The notes beneath the pieces are model-generated. The model worked only from the letters and a program-made list of their open reading frames with translations. It was not told the DNA's origin and searched no databases. Source: Marsupella aquatica (Eukaryota > Plantae > Marchantiophyta). From it: a stretch of DNA of 64,000 nucleotides. How positions within the stretch are numbered: the stretch's first letter is position 1; each line of letters starts with the position of its first letter. The DNA lies in NCBI GenBank assembly GCA_973895155.1, contig OZ316893.1, positions 17,825,836 through 17,889,835 on the forward strand, written 5' to 3'. Below, piece by piece: positions 45,980 through 58,949 of the stretch. Both the position numbers and the translations under genes were made by a program.

Positions 45980-48611
45980 CATTCGAAGATGTCTTATAGA
46001 AGACATCAAGAACCAGATTGAAAACCTGGAGGGAAGACAGAACAAAGATTTAGAAAATCAACCCAAAACTCAAAGAACTTGTTCCAGAAGGTGATTGCTA
46101 ACGAGGGTCGCTATCAAAATAAAAGTGAACTTACGTTAAAGTCAATTTTCTCTTTCCATAAAGGAGCCGGAAGCAGAATTGAGTATGACTGCGCATGCTT
46201 GAAAAAACCATGAGCTTGAGCGCACTATATATGGCTGAGGTGTGATTAAAATCATCACTATGAAGAACAACAAGGAATCCATTATCAGCAAGATACTGTT
46301 TGGAGATATTGAAAAAATGTGTTGGGAGGGATTTGTCCCAAACGTTCCACTCTGGAAACGTTTTGTCAGTAATGAGGGGACAGAGTCTAGTAGGAAGATA
46401 GACAAAACCTCAATCAAAACCTGTTCCCAGAAGGGATTTTTTGTCCAAAACTATCGGAGATTCCCTAAGGCCTCTCGACAAGAGACTCTTCATCCAAATG
46501 TCACACTCTCTAACCATGACGGTTTCTTCCTTTGATTGACAATTGACTTGGCTGAGTCAAGAAAACTTGACTTGAGAAAAATGTCTATTATCCTCTGCAA
46601 TAAACTCTATTCCTTTCCTCTCCAAACCAGAGTTTAATCTTGAATCGAATTCGGCCTCCTCATCCAAGTCAACAAAATTACGTTTCTTCTTTGTTTTCTT
46701 GGAGCTCCCCAAATCTGCCACCTTCTTTGACTTTCTTTTCTTACTAGTTTCCTCAAGAGATGCGTCCTCATCAGCATCTAGATTGGCTTCCTCTCCCGGT
46801 TGATTGTGTGAACTCAACAAGCACCTCTTTTCTGAAAAAGCACCGGGAGGTCAGAATGTAAACTTCAAGAATACATGATTCAAATATAACTTATTGATAG
46901 CGAGGTTTGCTAGCAATACTTACTTGTTCTGAGAGACTGTTGAGAAGCAAAAACCTTTTGAGACTCTGCCTTTTCAAGAACCCCAACTTTCACTCTTGAC
47001 TTTTGAGTGCAGTCGACACTCTCACCTTGCCTCAAACATACTTCCTCCATCAAGGCACAAGCCCTTTCTTCCTTCTCCACTGGACCAAATTTGATCTCAG
47101 ATAGAATATACAAGTTGGGCTCCTCACCCTTCACAATCTTGGTGTACGTCGATCTTTCCGTTTGGTCAAAAGCAGTTGACCACTAATCAATATCGAGGTA
47201 CCAGGGACAATTAAAAACTTCCCAAGCAATAAGGTCTCTTTTGGGGTGAGAAGCATCCACAGGATACATTGAAAAGTAAAGATATGTAACATTTTAGTCT
47301 GCATCTAGCCCAACGCTTGCCCACCCAGTAAAACAAAGGGGGTAACACCAAAAATATGAATCACTACTAATTTCTCAATCCACAAAGAAACGATAAACAT
47401 ATCGCTTTGCCCTTTGACAAATTACATCAACATCAATTTGTCACCCGACTTGGTTATCCAAATTGCTTGAAAAAACTTAGATCTCACACAAAATGCATAA
47501 TCCTTGAAATCATCAAGGATATGCTCCTTTCAAAGATTCAAGATCTTTTTAAGGTGTTGACTCTAAACAATCCTGAGGAGCACTTAATCCAATCTCATCC
47601 AAATAGGCTATCAGCAAATGGTTAGAAATGGATTCAACCAATGACCACATGGACCATGTGTGGCACCACTGCTTGGTCTCATTCTCGGAGAATCCCGCTG
47701 GATGAAACCATTGCTTCCTCAATTCTGGCTTACACTATGCCTCAATCAATTGACATCGAAGAAGTGGATCTAGAGTTGAGACAATAGTGTACATTAAAGC
47801 CCGATCCAATCCACATCCCAATGTTTGACGTCCTTCTCTCTTCTCCCTTTTGCAATACTCATACAACTTTGAGCATTTGGCAAGAAAACTTATGTATTCT
47901 GGATTCAAAACAGCTGCTAGTTTATTGCTGCGGATTGACCATTCTTTTAGCTGCGAGGCAAACATCCTGTTTCCCCTTCAAAATGCGACAAATCACTCAA
48001 GGATGATACTTTTTGTCATTGGGGAACTGCTTAGCAACTATCATCCATAAATATAGACGATGGTTCCCATCAGAAACCGAAAACATCTTGTCCTTAAGGC
48101 ACGCAAATTCTGGATTTTTGTCACATTCTGCTAAACCCAAACATCGTCCCAAGTTGCTAGAATATCTTCAGTGACCACAATCTCAGCGCCTTCTGCATCA
48201 CAAATGGGAACATAAAACTTTGCCAACTTGTCAACGTACCCATTCGTCTTGAACTTGGAGACTAGATTATCGATAGCTCCTGATTGCACCTGGAGCGACG
48301 TCACCAAGTCCATGTTCATAAGTCGACAAAGGGGAATCCTAGGAGGATCTTGCATGTCACCTCTTTCGTTCAAACCCAAACAAAAGAGAGTGACAAGCAA
48401 GCACCTTGGAGAATGCGTCTGGAATTTTGCTGCCTCCCATCAGCACACCATGTGTGTCTTGAGACATGACTGGTGTTCTCAGAGTTTTTAGACCTGTGAA
48501 AAGAATTTGTCTCTCTGCTGTCGATCGAGTCACTCATCTGCTTGAGTTTGTAGTCTATATAGAGGAGGCGGAAAAAGAAGTTTGGGAGTGCAGTGAAGAA
48601 GAATGATCCAT
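45980..48611 (-). pseudogene. ParB-MTase-fold fusion gene, degenerate copy 2
   Basis: PPRIPLCRLMNMDLV...KFKTNGYV...KDKMFSVSDGNHRLY, YFWCYPLCF...SMYP and GFVYLPT...FPEWNVW...YLADNGFLVVLHS. Many stops and deletions; the motif-I exon was not found. Confidence 0.8.
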
Positions 48612-49432
48612 TGGTTCACCAATGGGCTTGATACGGAGTGACCGTCGTTGGGTACGGATGACACCCCACGTACAAAGACACCGTACCAACATCCGCTCCT
48701 CTACTAACCAAGACACGTGAAGTCCAATGGAACGTTTGTAAACAGGATATAATACCGTCATTTGTTTCTAAACGGGATATAATACTATCATCTATAGCGA
48801 TAGCAACTGGAATTTGAGATGTGTCATACGATAATAGGAACAATATATACATTAATTAGTGGTACCAACGGATTCATTAACAACAATGTTGAGATAATTC
48901 CAGATGGTTTAACATAACCTAACCTAAATGCATGAAAGTTTAACATCAAATAAGGAAACTTTTAGAACACTTAAGGTGAACAGAAAACAATTAAAGTTAC
49001 CATTTAACGGTAACTTTTGGTAGCAACCCTCAATATCAAAATTATTCCATTTTAAAATCAATGAAACTAAACCCAAAACATTGCAAAATTTGTCAATAAA
49101 CCTCTAGAATTGGATATTGGAAACTATAATTTTTGATAGCAAAGGTCGCTATCAAAACTCGTTACCACTTTTTTGGAATTTAGAGTAGATTTTAGTGATA
49201 TTAGGTTCAATACAAATATTTTTAAGCATAGTTAATGATAGCGATGATCGCTAGCAAAAGTTATCGTTCTTTATTACCGTTGTATATCTGTTGGCAGATA
49301 CTATCCGTTACTGACCTTGTAAAAAGACTATAGGGGAATCCGATGGCTATGTACATTTGGTCGGTCGGTCTTTGGGTTGATTGGTCGGTCTTAGGGTTAT
49401 TTGGTCGGCCGTCTCTAAAGGTCCGTTAGTTC

Positions 49433-49487
49433 ATTGGTCATGTCGTACTTTGGTCATGTCGTACTTTGGTCATGTCGTACTTTGGTC
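49433..49487 (+). repeat. 16-bp tandem repeat
   Basis: ttggtcatgtcgtact three times within a tggtc-rich tract. Confidence 0.85.
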
Positions 49488-50461
49488 AGTCAGTTCTTTG
49501 GTTGGTCATCCCTGGAGGGTAGGTCCATATATTGAAGAGTTAATTTTGTTAGGTGTCTATTCCAGACACTTGCTGATTCACACTGTCTCGGATTTTGACA
49601 TTCCTTATTGTTGTCACTCTCATCTTTGGTCATGGACGGTTTGCAGAACATGAAGCCCAATAATGGTAAACTTCCCATTGAAGAGGAAGAGGAGACCACG
49701 GAGCAGGAGTCTGAGACGTATGTTTCTATCACTTTGGACATCCAAAATAGGAATAGCCTCCACCAAGTGAGGGAATGAGTCCAGGGGAGTGGAACATTCC
49801 ATGGCTCAGGGATGAGCCCACTCTTCCATTCGAAGATCGATTCTTCTTCCATGTTCCTTCCGATCCAGCCACAGTTTGGCCGCGTCGTCTAGAACTTTGA
49901 AAGCACAAGGTGTTGGGATCTCTTGATTTTCAGGACTCTAAATTTGCAAGCGAGAGCAGCCAAAGGCCTGTCTACAGAGCTCCAAGTAGAGCATTTAGGC
50001 ATAGGAGGGACCATGGTTTCACACAAGACATATACCGTCGAGGAGCTGGTGTCCCGGATGAAGAAATGTCTTCTTCTTTGAATAAGTTTTGTCCAGATCC
50101 CGACCAGAAGGAGTGAGATTCATATAAGGATCGATACCTGCAGATTCTATGTCTTTAGTCGGGCATAAATTAGGTTAAGATACTAAGACAATTTTGGTAG
50201 CAATCTTCGCTAACATCTAGTGTATGTTTTTTCACGGAATATATAAAGAGTTTTATGCTTGTCTTCGTGTATAAATTGGACATCCTAATGGATACAAAAC
50301 AAACGACAAAACATTTAATGCCACAATTATTACCGTTTCAAAATCCGAGAGTTGTTCGAGCTTTCAACGGACTACAATGAACAATTTAGGAATGAGAAAC
50401 ACCCCTTTCATTCTATGACATTGGCCAAGATTTCCATTTGGACTCTATCTACGTTTTAGAA

Positions 50462-53400
50462 ATGGCATCCCAAATCAAAATTGTGCGGGAGTCTACTGGA
50501 GATGTGATCTTTCTTCCTGTTTTTTCATTGAGTGGAGAGCAAATAGTGAGTGAAACTTATCTCGGTCAACGACTTGGCTGGGAGGGGTCATTTATCCAAG
50601 ATGTACTTGGGAGGAGGGAGGATTCCATTGTGAGTCCTGCCCGTATTGAGCCTTCGAGTCTCCATAGCATCCAACATTGGAACTTGAAAATTGGATATGT
50701 GTACTCTATGGTTACTAAAAATGATCCATCCCCCGAGAGAGTAGAAGCAGACATTGATGTTTGTGAAATCAAAATAGAGTCTCCAGATAAAGTTTCCCCT
50801 ATATATCGAGTGAGTGCTTGTGACATGATATTGAGGGTTAAAGGCTCGAGCAAGATATCTTGCTTTGTCCGTAAGTTCTTGGAGTCGGGCGAGGATGTCA
50901 AACATGTTCAATGTCTTCCCAAGGATTACAATGGGGACTCGATATTTGAGCTTCCTCCAGTAGATTCATCCACTAAAAGAGGATATGAGTTAAGATACAT
51001 GGATTGAGAGAATGAATGCTTTCATTGGACCTGAATTATTCTAACTTCTGCAAATGTTTTTCCAAAAGATTTGTATCAGTTCGTAAAGGTTTGATGCTCT
51101 GGGTCAATTGAATGTCAGAATGGGAAGTGTGCATTCTTAGATAAGGGCAAAGGAAGGAATCAAGTGTCCTAGGCGGGAAGGGCAAAAGGAGACGCATGCA
51201 CAAGACTGGGGAAGCAGTTTCTCCCGGAGGAATAGTATGTTTTCATTGTGACAAACCACCTGTATGTGTGGAGACGTGTCCCGCACTAATGTTTTACATG
51301 TACCCACATTCGTCGATGGATAAAGAAAATGTGAGATTCATGTCAAGGCTTGCAATGCATGTCGGATACCATGTCCACCCACCGAATAGTATTGTTTCGA
51401 GGGAGGCCATGATTGCTGTAGAGTCGGTCATCCGAGACCATCATTTAGTGAACCCCTGGCCACATCAGCTCAACTAAAAATTGATGCAACGGAGTCATTG
51501 ATGGCACACTTGGCCTCGGAGAGTGCCGCTGGGATTTCTGCCTAGGACATTCAGGATATTTGGGGCTCATTGAGTGCTCTTGTGTCCAAAGAGAAGTTCC
51601 GAGCCATCTTGCGGAATGTGAAAATGGAGAATCCCTTGAAAAGTGAGTTTGACTCAATTTGGGACATGCAAAGGAACATTCATTTTCCTTACATCCACAG
51701 ATTTCTATTCCCTGGTCAAGGCTCAATTACAACTCGAGCTCATGTTTTCAAGATGAGCGTAAAAGGTCCGGGTTTTGGATTGGATATTCTTCAAAAAATG
51801 AAAAAAGGGGGTTCTCTTGAAGGATCATGGGTTAGTTTTGATGTTATGCACCGGATTACTACTGGCTGGCTCACATTTAGTGCGCACGTTTATGATCATA
51901 ACATCCGTGCCCTTTGTGTTGAGCATAGACGACAATCGCAACGGCAAGCCCATGGACCATTCAATGCACAAGAATCGACACACAGAGATACGTGGTTCAC
52001 CTCCACATGAGGCTACGTCCATGGGAACACACACAAGCTTTATTGCACTCTAGGCCGACCGACCATACCAAGCATCCACAACGCAAGCTCTCTGTATCTC
52101 TCAACTAGCTCCGTAACAATGAGCCTGAGTTCCCCCTCTCCAAGCAAACACCGCTTGGTTATAGAGTGTGCACAGCATGACTAACCTAACCAAGTCTGCG
52201 ACTAAGGTTAGCCTTAACTCATAGTACAATTGTAACTCTAGACCTAAGAGTAAATCCTAACACTCTACACAATATTTACTTGTGAGTTGAAGTCTGAATG
52301 TTGTGAATCATTGTCTACCGCTCGGAGGTTGATGGTAAGTGTCGCATCCAAAAATGGTTTGCACGACATTACCATCCATGGTTTCATGGCATACAATGCC
52401 ACCGTTGGGTGGAATGCGGTTTGGAATGTATTCTGGCAAGGTCTGTCTAATCCAAAAAAAGAGAGGTCTGATGCTTTTCATTTTTTCCGATCACTCTGGA
52501 GGCATACCTGTGAAGGTATTTTGGAGAAAAATCATGATGAGCATTATGCTTTGTGGGACTGTTTGAGGAACGCCTCCACGTACGTCAAAGCTTACAGAAT
52601 TTCTTCAAAGATCAAGAAGTGGTGGCAGTCTGGAAACTATATTCGAGGGAAACTTTGCTATCTACAAGGATGGATTTCCTAGTGGGTCGTTTGATGGAGA
52701 CAGTGGGGGAACTATATCCGGCTGGTATGGTCTTAATCACAAATCTATATTTTATGGCCTGCTCATCAAAATACTGCAAGCGATCTTTGCTAACATTGGT
52801 TGAATCCATTACTTACGTTGATTTATACTGATGTGTTTTGTTTCAGTCGGCTGACGCCCTGGAGTCTGCAAGAATGCCAAATTGCACTAGTTTGGAAGCT
52901 GTCCATGCGAGCTTCCCAACCCAAAAACAAAGTGACTCTAGTGGAGGCTTGCAAAGTTGACTCCAATCGTGCTGCCTTCCAAGTTGCCTGCTACATCGGA
53001 TTTGAGTCTGGTGTGAGTAGAGGTACATGACCAACAATTTTTGAGCTTGCATTTTGCCATGCAAATATGGTTGGTTTTGCTTCCGCTCATGAGAAAGCAA
53101 CCAATTATTTGATGGAAGCTAACGGGAAGTTTGATCTTCTACGGACCGGGCCATTAAATGGTGATTTGCAAACAAAATCTACAAAGAGGAAGGGAATTGC
53201 AAGTGATAAAATCTTTGATCAGGACTCTCATTGACATGACACGGTTCTTCTTACTTCCCCAGCTAGGATTGCATCAAGGAGACAACATCTAAACTCTACT
53301 GAGTTTAGTCCTAATTATACGAGAGGGCCGCCAACATCAATGAATCGGCCCGAGGGAGCTTCGATACCAGATGTTGTAAATTTATCTGAGAGTGAATTGT

Positions 53401-54413
53401 TTGAGGTCCTTTGGACTCTTCCCAGACGTGTTGCTACTTGTTCAACTCCTGTTCCGTCCCCCACACCTGTAGTCCCACAGCCCAATTCCGATTCAAGTGC
53501 TACATTGACATGCCATGAGGTGCGAGTTCCCCAGGGGAGTTGGTATATAGGTAGAATGTCCTCCAAAGGGGTCGGCCCAAAGTGCTATGGGTTTCTTGGT
53601 AGGTCTGCAACTCGAGAGGAATGTCGGAATTCTGTGAAAAAAGTATCGTTACCTGACCCAAGGGGACATGTGGCTATTGTTGTTTTTGCTGCACATAGGA
53701 TTTTTGGCTCAAACGTACCTCAAGTTACTTGGTTTTGTCCAAATAATGTTTGTTCTGGAGGAAAGCCACGATGTCTCATTGTTTCCTTACCACCAATTCC
53801 TGATGTTTTGCCTGTTATGCTATGGACCAATCTTGCTAGTGAGGAAATTACCTTCCTCATTGATAAAGGCCTTTCCTTGGATTTAGGCATTAAAACTCAT
53901 CCCTCTGGAAGAGAACATATGCCAAATGTCTCCCCACCATTGAGTGCCCCTTCACCTCTAGATTTACAAATTAATGTCAGTACATATTGTGAGATGGTAA
54001 ACATGAATGACCCGTTGCATCAATTTTCAAGTCAAAATGGGAAGTCAATCCGCATGAGGGTCACTCTTTTGTTAGAGCATTTTAAATGCATCAAATCATC
54101 AGAGGAAGAGCAACTGCGAGTGTTGACGGAGAACATTATCAAGTTTGGAAATGGTTGGGGAAAAAAAAAAATTGTTGCAACACACAAGACAGATGGAAGG
54201 ATACCAAAAAGATATTGGGTTCAAGTCTGTTGTTTTCCATCATGCTCCTGTGATGATTTCTTCAATCAACACACAAGAGGTCTTTCATATGTTCCGTGCA
54301 AACATTTATATTGGGTTTTTTGTTATTTCTTCAATGTTAGTGTTCGAGAAGAAATTTATGTCAGCCAACCTGCCCTTAGCTTGTCCGAGGTGAGGTATAT
54401 TTTGAAGATGTAG
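50462..54413 (+). pseudogene. GCM-MULE-SWIM transposase, degenerate copy 2
   Basis: Colinear with copy 1: FELPPV, CFHC...CPA...GYHVHPP, RAHVFKMS, WVSFDVM, RSDAFHF, intron ~52725-52846 and YWVQVCCFPSCSC...CKHLYW. Interrupted by a solo LTR. Confidence 0.88.
51917..52262 (-). mobile_element. Solo LTR related to the Copia element at 86-5556
   Basis: Reads TGTTGAGCATAGACGACAATCGC...TAAATCCTAACA. The flanks CTTTG and CTCTA are a decayed CTCTG TSD, and removing the LTR restores ALCTIFTCELK. Confidence 0.92.
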
Positions 54414-54961
54414 GGAAATGTTGTATTTCATGAAAATGTGATTTTCATGCCTTGCCAAGAATTATATTCGGCTTATTATGAAAGTTTTTTTGACTTCCTT
54501 GAATCTATTTTATTGTCCATGTATGGTTAGAGGCTTTACACCATGCCAGGAAACATGAGATTTTTTTACTGATACGAGCAAAACCTTTCCTCATATCAGG
54601 AAAGTTTTACTGTTATCAGCAATGTTTTTACTCACATCAGGAAAAACATTCAAGGAATTGTCATCCTCCATACTGTTGTGAGCAACACCAATAAAAAAAC
54701 ATTCAAAATTGTCATAAAAGTGGAGTGCCAAGTCTCTCCAACCACTTAAAAGAGTGTTCAAAACCAATTTTTATAAAAAAATGGGGCATTGCCCTAACCT
54801 CAAAAGGCAAATTTTGAGCAAAATATGTAAACAATACTAGCGCCAAGCGCTAGCAATGATCCAACCCTATTTTACAAAACCAAACATTGTCTAATACACT
54901 CATTCTCAATAAGCTTCTGTATATGATAATGCCGTTGGAAACCGACAAAGTACTGACCAAT

Positions 54962-56905
54962 TTAACGTAAACTACATAATAGACACCTCTTTAAATAGTA
55001 CCCTAAACTTTGTCGTTCCAACAAGAGACGTATTTCTCCAACGGTGAGTATAGGCTGACTCGACAACGTTGATTCTTGAAGGTCCAGTTTGAAAACATTC
55101 TTATAAATCCAATACAGATGTTTGCAAGGCAAGAAGGGTTTGCGGTGGGCATGACGACGATAGAAATCTTTGCAAGAATAGCACAGGAAACAACAAATCT
55201 GAACCCAATAGGCAATGACAGAGTGGTGACCAATGTGTGTTTGGATGCAAAATTGTTTGCCCCATCCATTTCCTATCGCAACATCCCTGGAACAGATCAT
55301 TTTCATTTCTTCTTTCTCAGCTGCCTCAATCTTCTTATAGTGTGATTTAGTTAGATGCACTCTCTGTAGGCACGTCCTCCCGTTTTGAGATAAACAACAA
55401 ATTGTTGACTGAAGTAGATTGATCCTTTCCGGGAAAACATTGACATTGATTCAAAGATCTAGTCCACTTGGTGCATTTCTTACACGATCACCTTCACCTC
55501 CGATTGATATTCTGTTGTCCTTCAGAAACTCTACCTCCGCAGTAGAAAGATTTGTAGTCAATGCAACGGGCAAGTGATCACAAGGAGGTGGAACATTCAC
55601 CACACCTTTTCGAGGATGACTTTTGTAACAAACATTATTCGGACAGAACCAGATCAGTTCTGGATGTGGTTCCCCTCTGAAAATTCACGCTGCTCAAACT
55701 GTGATACCAACGACTTCGTTTGACGTCCGGTAGCCTACTTTCTTCAATCGATTTCTACATTCGTCACGATCTCCATGTCCACCAAGGGATCCATTGCACA
55801 CTGGGCCAGCACCATGCTTCAAAGTTCTCCTAATATGCCATGCTCCAGAAGGAACATTGGACTCCAACACTGACGGGGTTACTTCATCAATAACATCTAT
55901 TGGGGGCGTGACTGGAGTTGCAGATGACCTCGTCTCCATCGAAGGAGGAGGTGTTCGCTCTTCAAGACTAGCTGAAACATCGCTCTCTGAAATATTGATG
56001 ACTACACTCTCTTGGGGACCTGGTTCAGAAGGAATCGCAGAGAATTCCGTTCTATTGAAATTTCTTTGCTTCAAACCTTGGGTGTTTGGGGTCGTAATGA
56101 GGATAGTGTCATGCCTGTGGGAGTCCTGCGTAGTAGCATGTCCCTTCCTCTTTACTGACCGGGTATGTACATCCCCGTTCAAAGGGGAATTCCTTTCCAA
56201 ATCAGCCGCATTGGAAAGGAAAAGGTTTGAAGCTTCTTCAAACAACCGCGGGGAACCCGCTAGATCTGCAGAGCGGAAAGCCAGCTCAAACACAGTTGGA
56301 CCATTCCCTCTGTTCAATCCCTCTTGTAAGCCGTATAGGCTGCAATTTGAGTGATCGCTCTGTTCTGGTTGGTTTCACACCCTTCAAAGACTCCAACCTT
56401 CTTCTTCGTTTGCCAGGCAATCATCAACGCGTGAGACGACTCGGATCCACCACAATTTGGAATCATTGCCGCTTCCTCTGCACTCTTGCTCTATAGAATT
56501 CACCCGACAAGGTTAGATTTAGGAGTTGAATAGCACCAGGCGCTAGCCAATGAACACATAGAAATAATAGCAGATGTAATCACTTTGAACCTGTATGAGT
56601 AGCTCCAGGCGCTAGCCAATGAACACATAGAAACAATAGCATATGTAATCACTTTGAACATGTATGAGTAGCGCCAGGCGCTGACCAACGATTGTTTAGA
56701 ATACTTACCAATGGAATAAAGTTTCCCCATTGGCGCCATCGGACAACCCACCATGAAATCCAACCTTGCAATATTTGTAATTTACCAGGATAACAATTCC
56801 CTGCCCTCCACCAAGAATCAATTTCTCTAGAAATACGATATGCCTTGATAAATGACTTTGCATTCCGCAACCTATCCCATAGGGCACGATGTTCACTCTG
56901 CTTTC
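54962..56905 (-). pseudogene. C-terminal half of a third MULE-SWIM transposase
   Basis: EHRALWDRLRNA...QGWISWWVVRWRQWGNFI, intron, PNCGGSES, GPTVFELAFR and YWVQICC...CKHLYW. It lies tail-to-tail with copy 2. Confidence 0.88.
56531..56690. repeat. 69-bp tandem repeat in the transposase intron, each unit carrying a TAGCGC-CAG-GCGCTA-like palindrome
   Basis: Units start at 56531, 56600 and 56669. Confidence 0.85.
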
Positions 56906-58949
56906 AAAATGGAATTTTGGGCTCCGCCCGCTCCCTTCCTTTTGTCACTTCCGCTGTTGAGTCCCCACCGAAAGAAGTAACTTCTTCAACGATGGTGTTG
57001 ATCTCTACTAGAGTAGATCCGCTCGGCTTCGGCTTCCCTTGTAGCCTTAGCATTTTCAACCTCATTTTTTTAGTAGTCGGTTGACACCTTAGCTAGCTCA
57101 GAACAATTGACTCCAAACTCGCTTTATTTATTGTGACAGTAGGTACCCCTGATCAAATTGACTGCAACGCCTCCTGATTCGTCTGCGTAGCTGCCTGGTC
57201 TGCTGAGTGAGTCTTTGTAAGCGGAGCGACCATTTCATCAACCAGCACTGCCGACTCCGGCCACTGTGCCACAGCGCTTGATGAAAATCCACCATCATGA
57301 CGTTGGGATCCTTTGATAGAACAAGTTCCTCCACTTGAACCTGTGATTCAGTTTCTTTATCCATGATAATCGATTCCAAAAAGGCGGCCTCAATTGCAAA
57401 GCAGCTGTCAGCCGGGACTTCCTGGCATTCTGAATCGCCTTCCTCTATGATAGGTTCCATCCGACTTTTCCTTGCTAACATTAGTGGAATTGAAATGGTC
57501 TCTTCCTCAATTTCCGGAATGATTGGTTGTATGGAATCTGCGTCTCCCATCCAAAGTCCGCTGGGTGGTGTGTCAGGTCCAAACACACTCGCTTCTGATA
57601 CCCCTGATAAACATTCCAGCCAACGCACATCATCAGCAGATTCTAACCCAGTATCATAGCTGTCTGCTTCACGAATCAACCTGGCTGCTTCATCCTCTAC
57701 CTCCCATGACATGGTAATAGGTGGAGTTCCGAATGTAAACTGTTTTGTACCCTAGTTTTCCACAACTTTTGCAAGGTACAACCAGGGTCGTCCTATCAGC
57801 ACCCGAAATGAGGTAGGGTTCACCGGCTTCATCACAATGTAATTGATGCTGAATGCGATACCACCAATCTCCGTGCGTATTCCTTTAAGGATGCTAGTGG
57901 GAACTACCTGATAGCCATTCGCCATATTCAGCACCCTCCCTGTTAATTCTGGTTTGAATCCCCAAGCCGCCGCTGTTGAATCAATCAGTATGCATACCCC
58001 AGACCCTCCATTGATTGGTACATGCATAACCTTTTCTTTATTGATGATGACTGGTAAGCAAGGGGCTCCCCTATCCTCCTGAATCATCATGACATCCGTA
58101 CGAGTGGCTACTCGAGGAAGCCTCGGCTTCCCAGCAATGGCTTTTTTCAACTACTTCCGAAAATACGGGCTATTTTTTAATAATTGACCCACAGTAGCCG
58201 TAACGCGTGATTCCAACACATCCTTTGCCAAGTTGTATGGCACCAGCTGTTTCTCTGTGTCATCCTCCACTAGTAATTTAATTGCTCTAAGAGGATTCTC
58301 CTGAGTTGGTAATGATTCTGGTTCCCTTGGTTCTAGAGGTGTGCTTGGTGAAGTCAGTGGTGACACACTTCTGTCCTCCACTGCTTTCCTTGAAGCGGAA
58401 ACAATTTCCTCCTGCATTTGCTTGCCAGCTCTCTTAATATCCTTCTGGAGTGCAACCTCATTCTCGTCCTTCTCCAGCTCTACCAACTGGTCCTTCACAC
58501 TAGCCGTGACTGCCGGAAAAAATAAATTGGGATGCGTTCGATCAAAATCACTATCCTGGGAAGGACTGGGATCACCAGGTACGACTTGCGGGTCCTCATT
58601 GACAGGGGCCTTGCCGTTAGAACCCAAAGATGTGGAATCAGACGCATCTTCCTTCCACGGCTTCTGGTTCTTGATAATTCCCTCCCACCTTTACTTCCTT
58701 CTGGTGGATCTAGTGGACACAAGGTAACACTCGGCATCAACCTCTTCTTCAGAATAAGTGGACAGGGCGTCTGCTTCATCGTTAGAAGGTGCAAATTCTC
58801 CTCGTGCTTCTTCACGCCATCCTAAGTCAATATGATTCACCTGGGCTCCTCCCGGCATAGTTCCTGCTGGTAATACCTTTGGAGCGGCTTTGACAGGTAT
58901 AGCAGCCATCCCAGCTAACCAAATAGGGCATTGGGTAAGTATATGCCCT
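56906..58949 (-). pseudogene. Truncated Gypsy gag C-terminus and protease remnant (same lineage as 10235-16633)
   Basis: GHILTQCP, DSDFDRTHPNLFFP, YNLAKDVLE...TVGQLLKNSPYFR and VPINGGSGV...LIGRPWLY. Contains stops and is joined to transposase copy 3, probably by a deletion. Confidence 0.85.
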
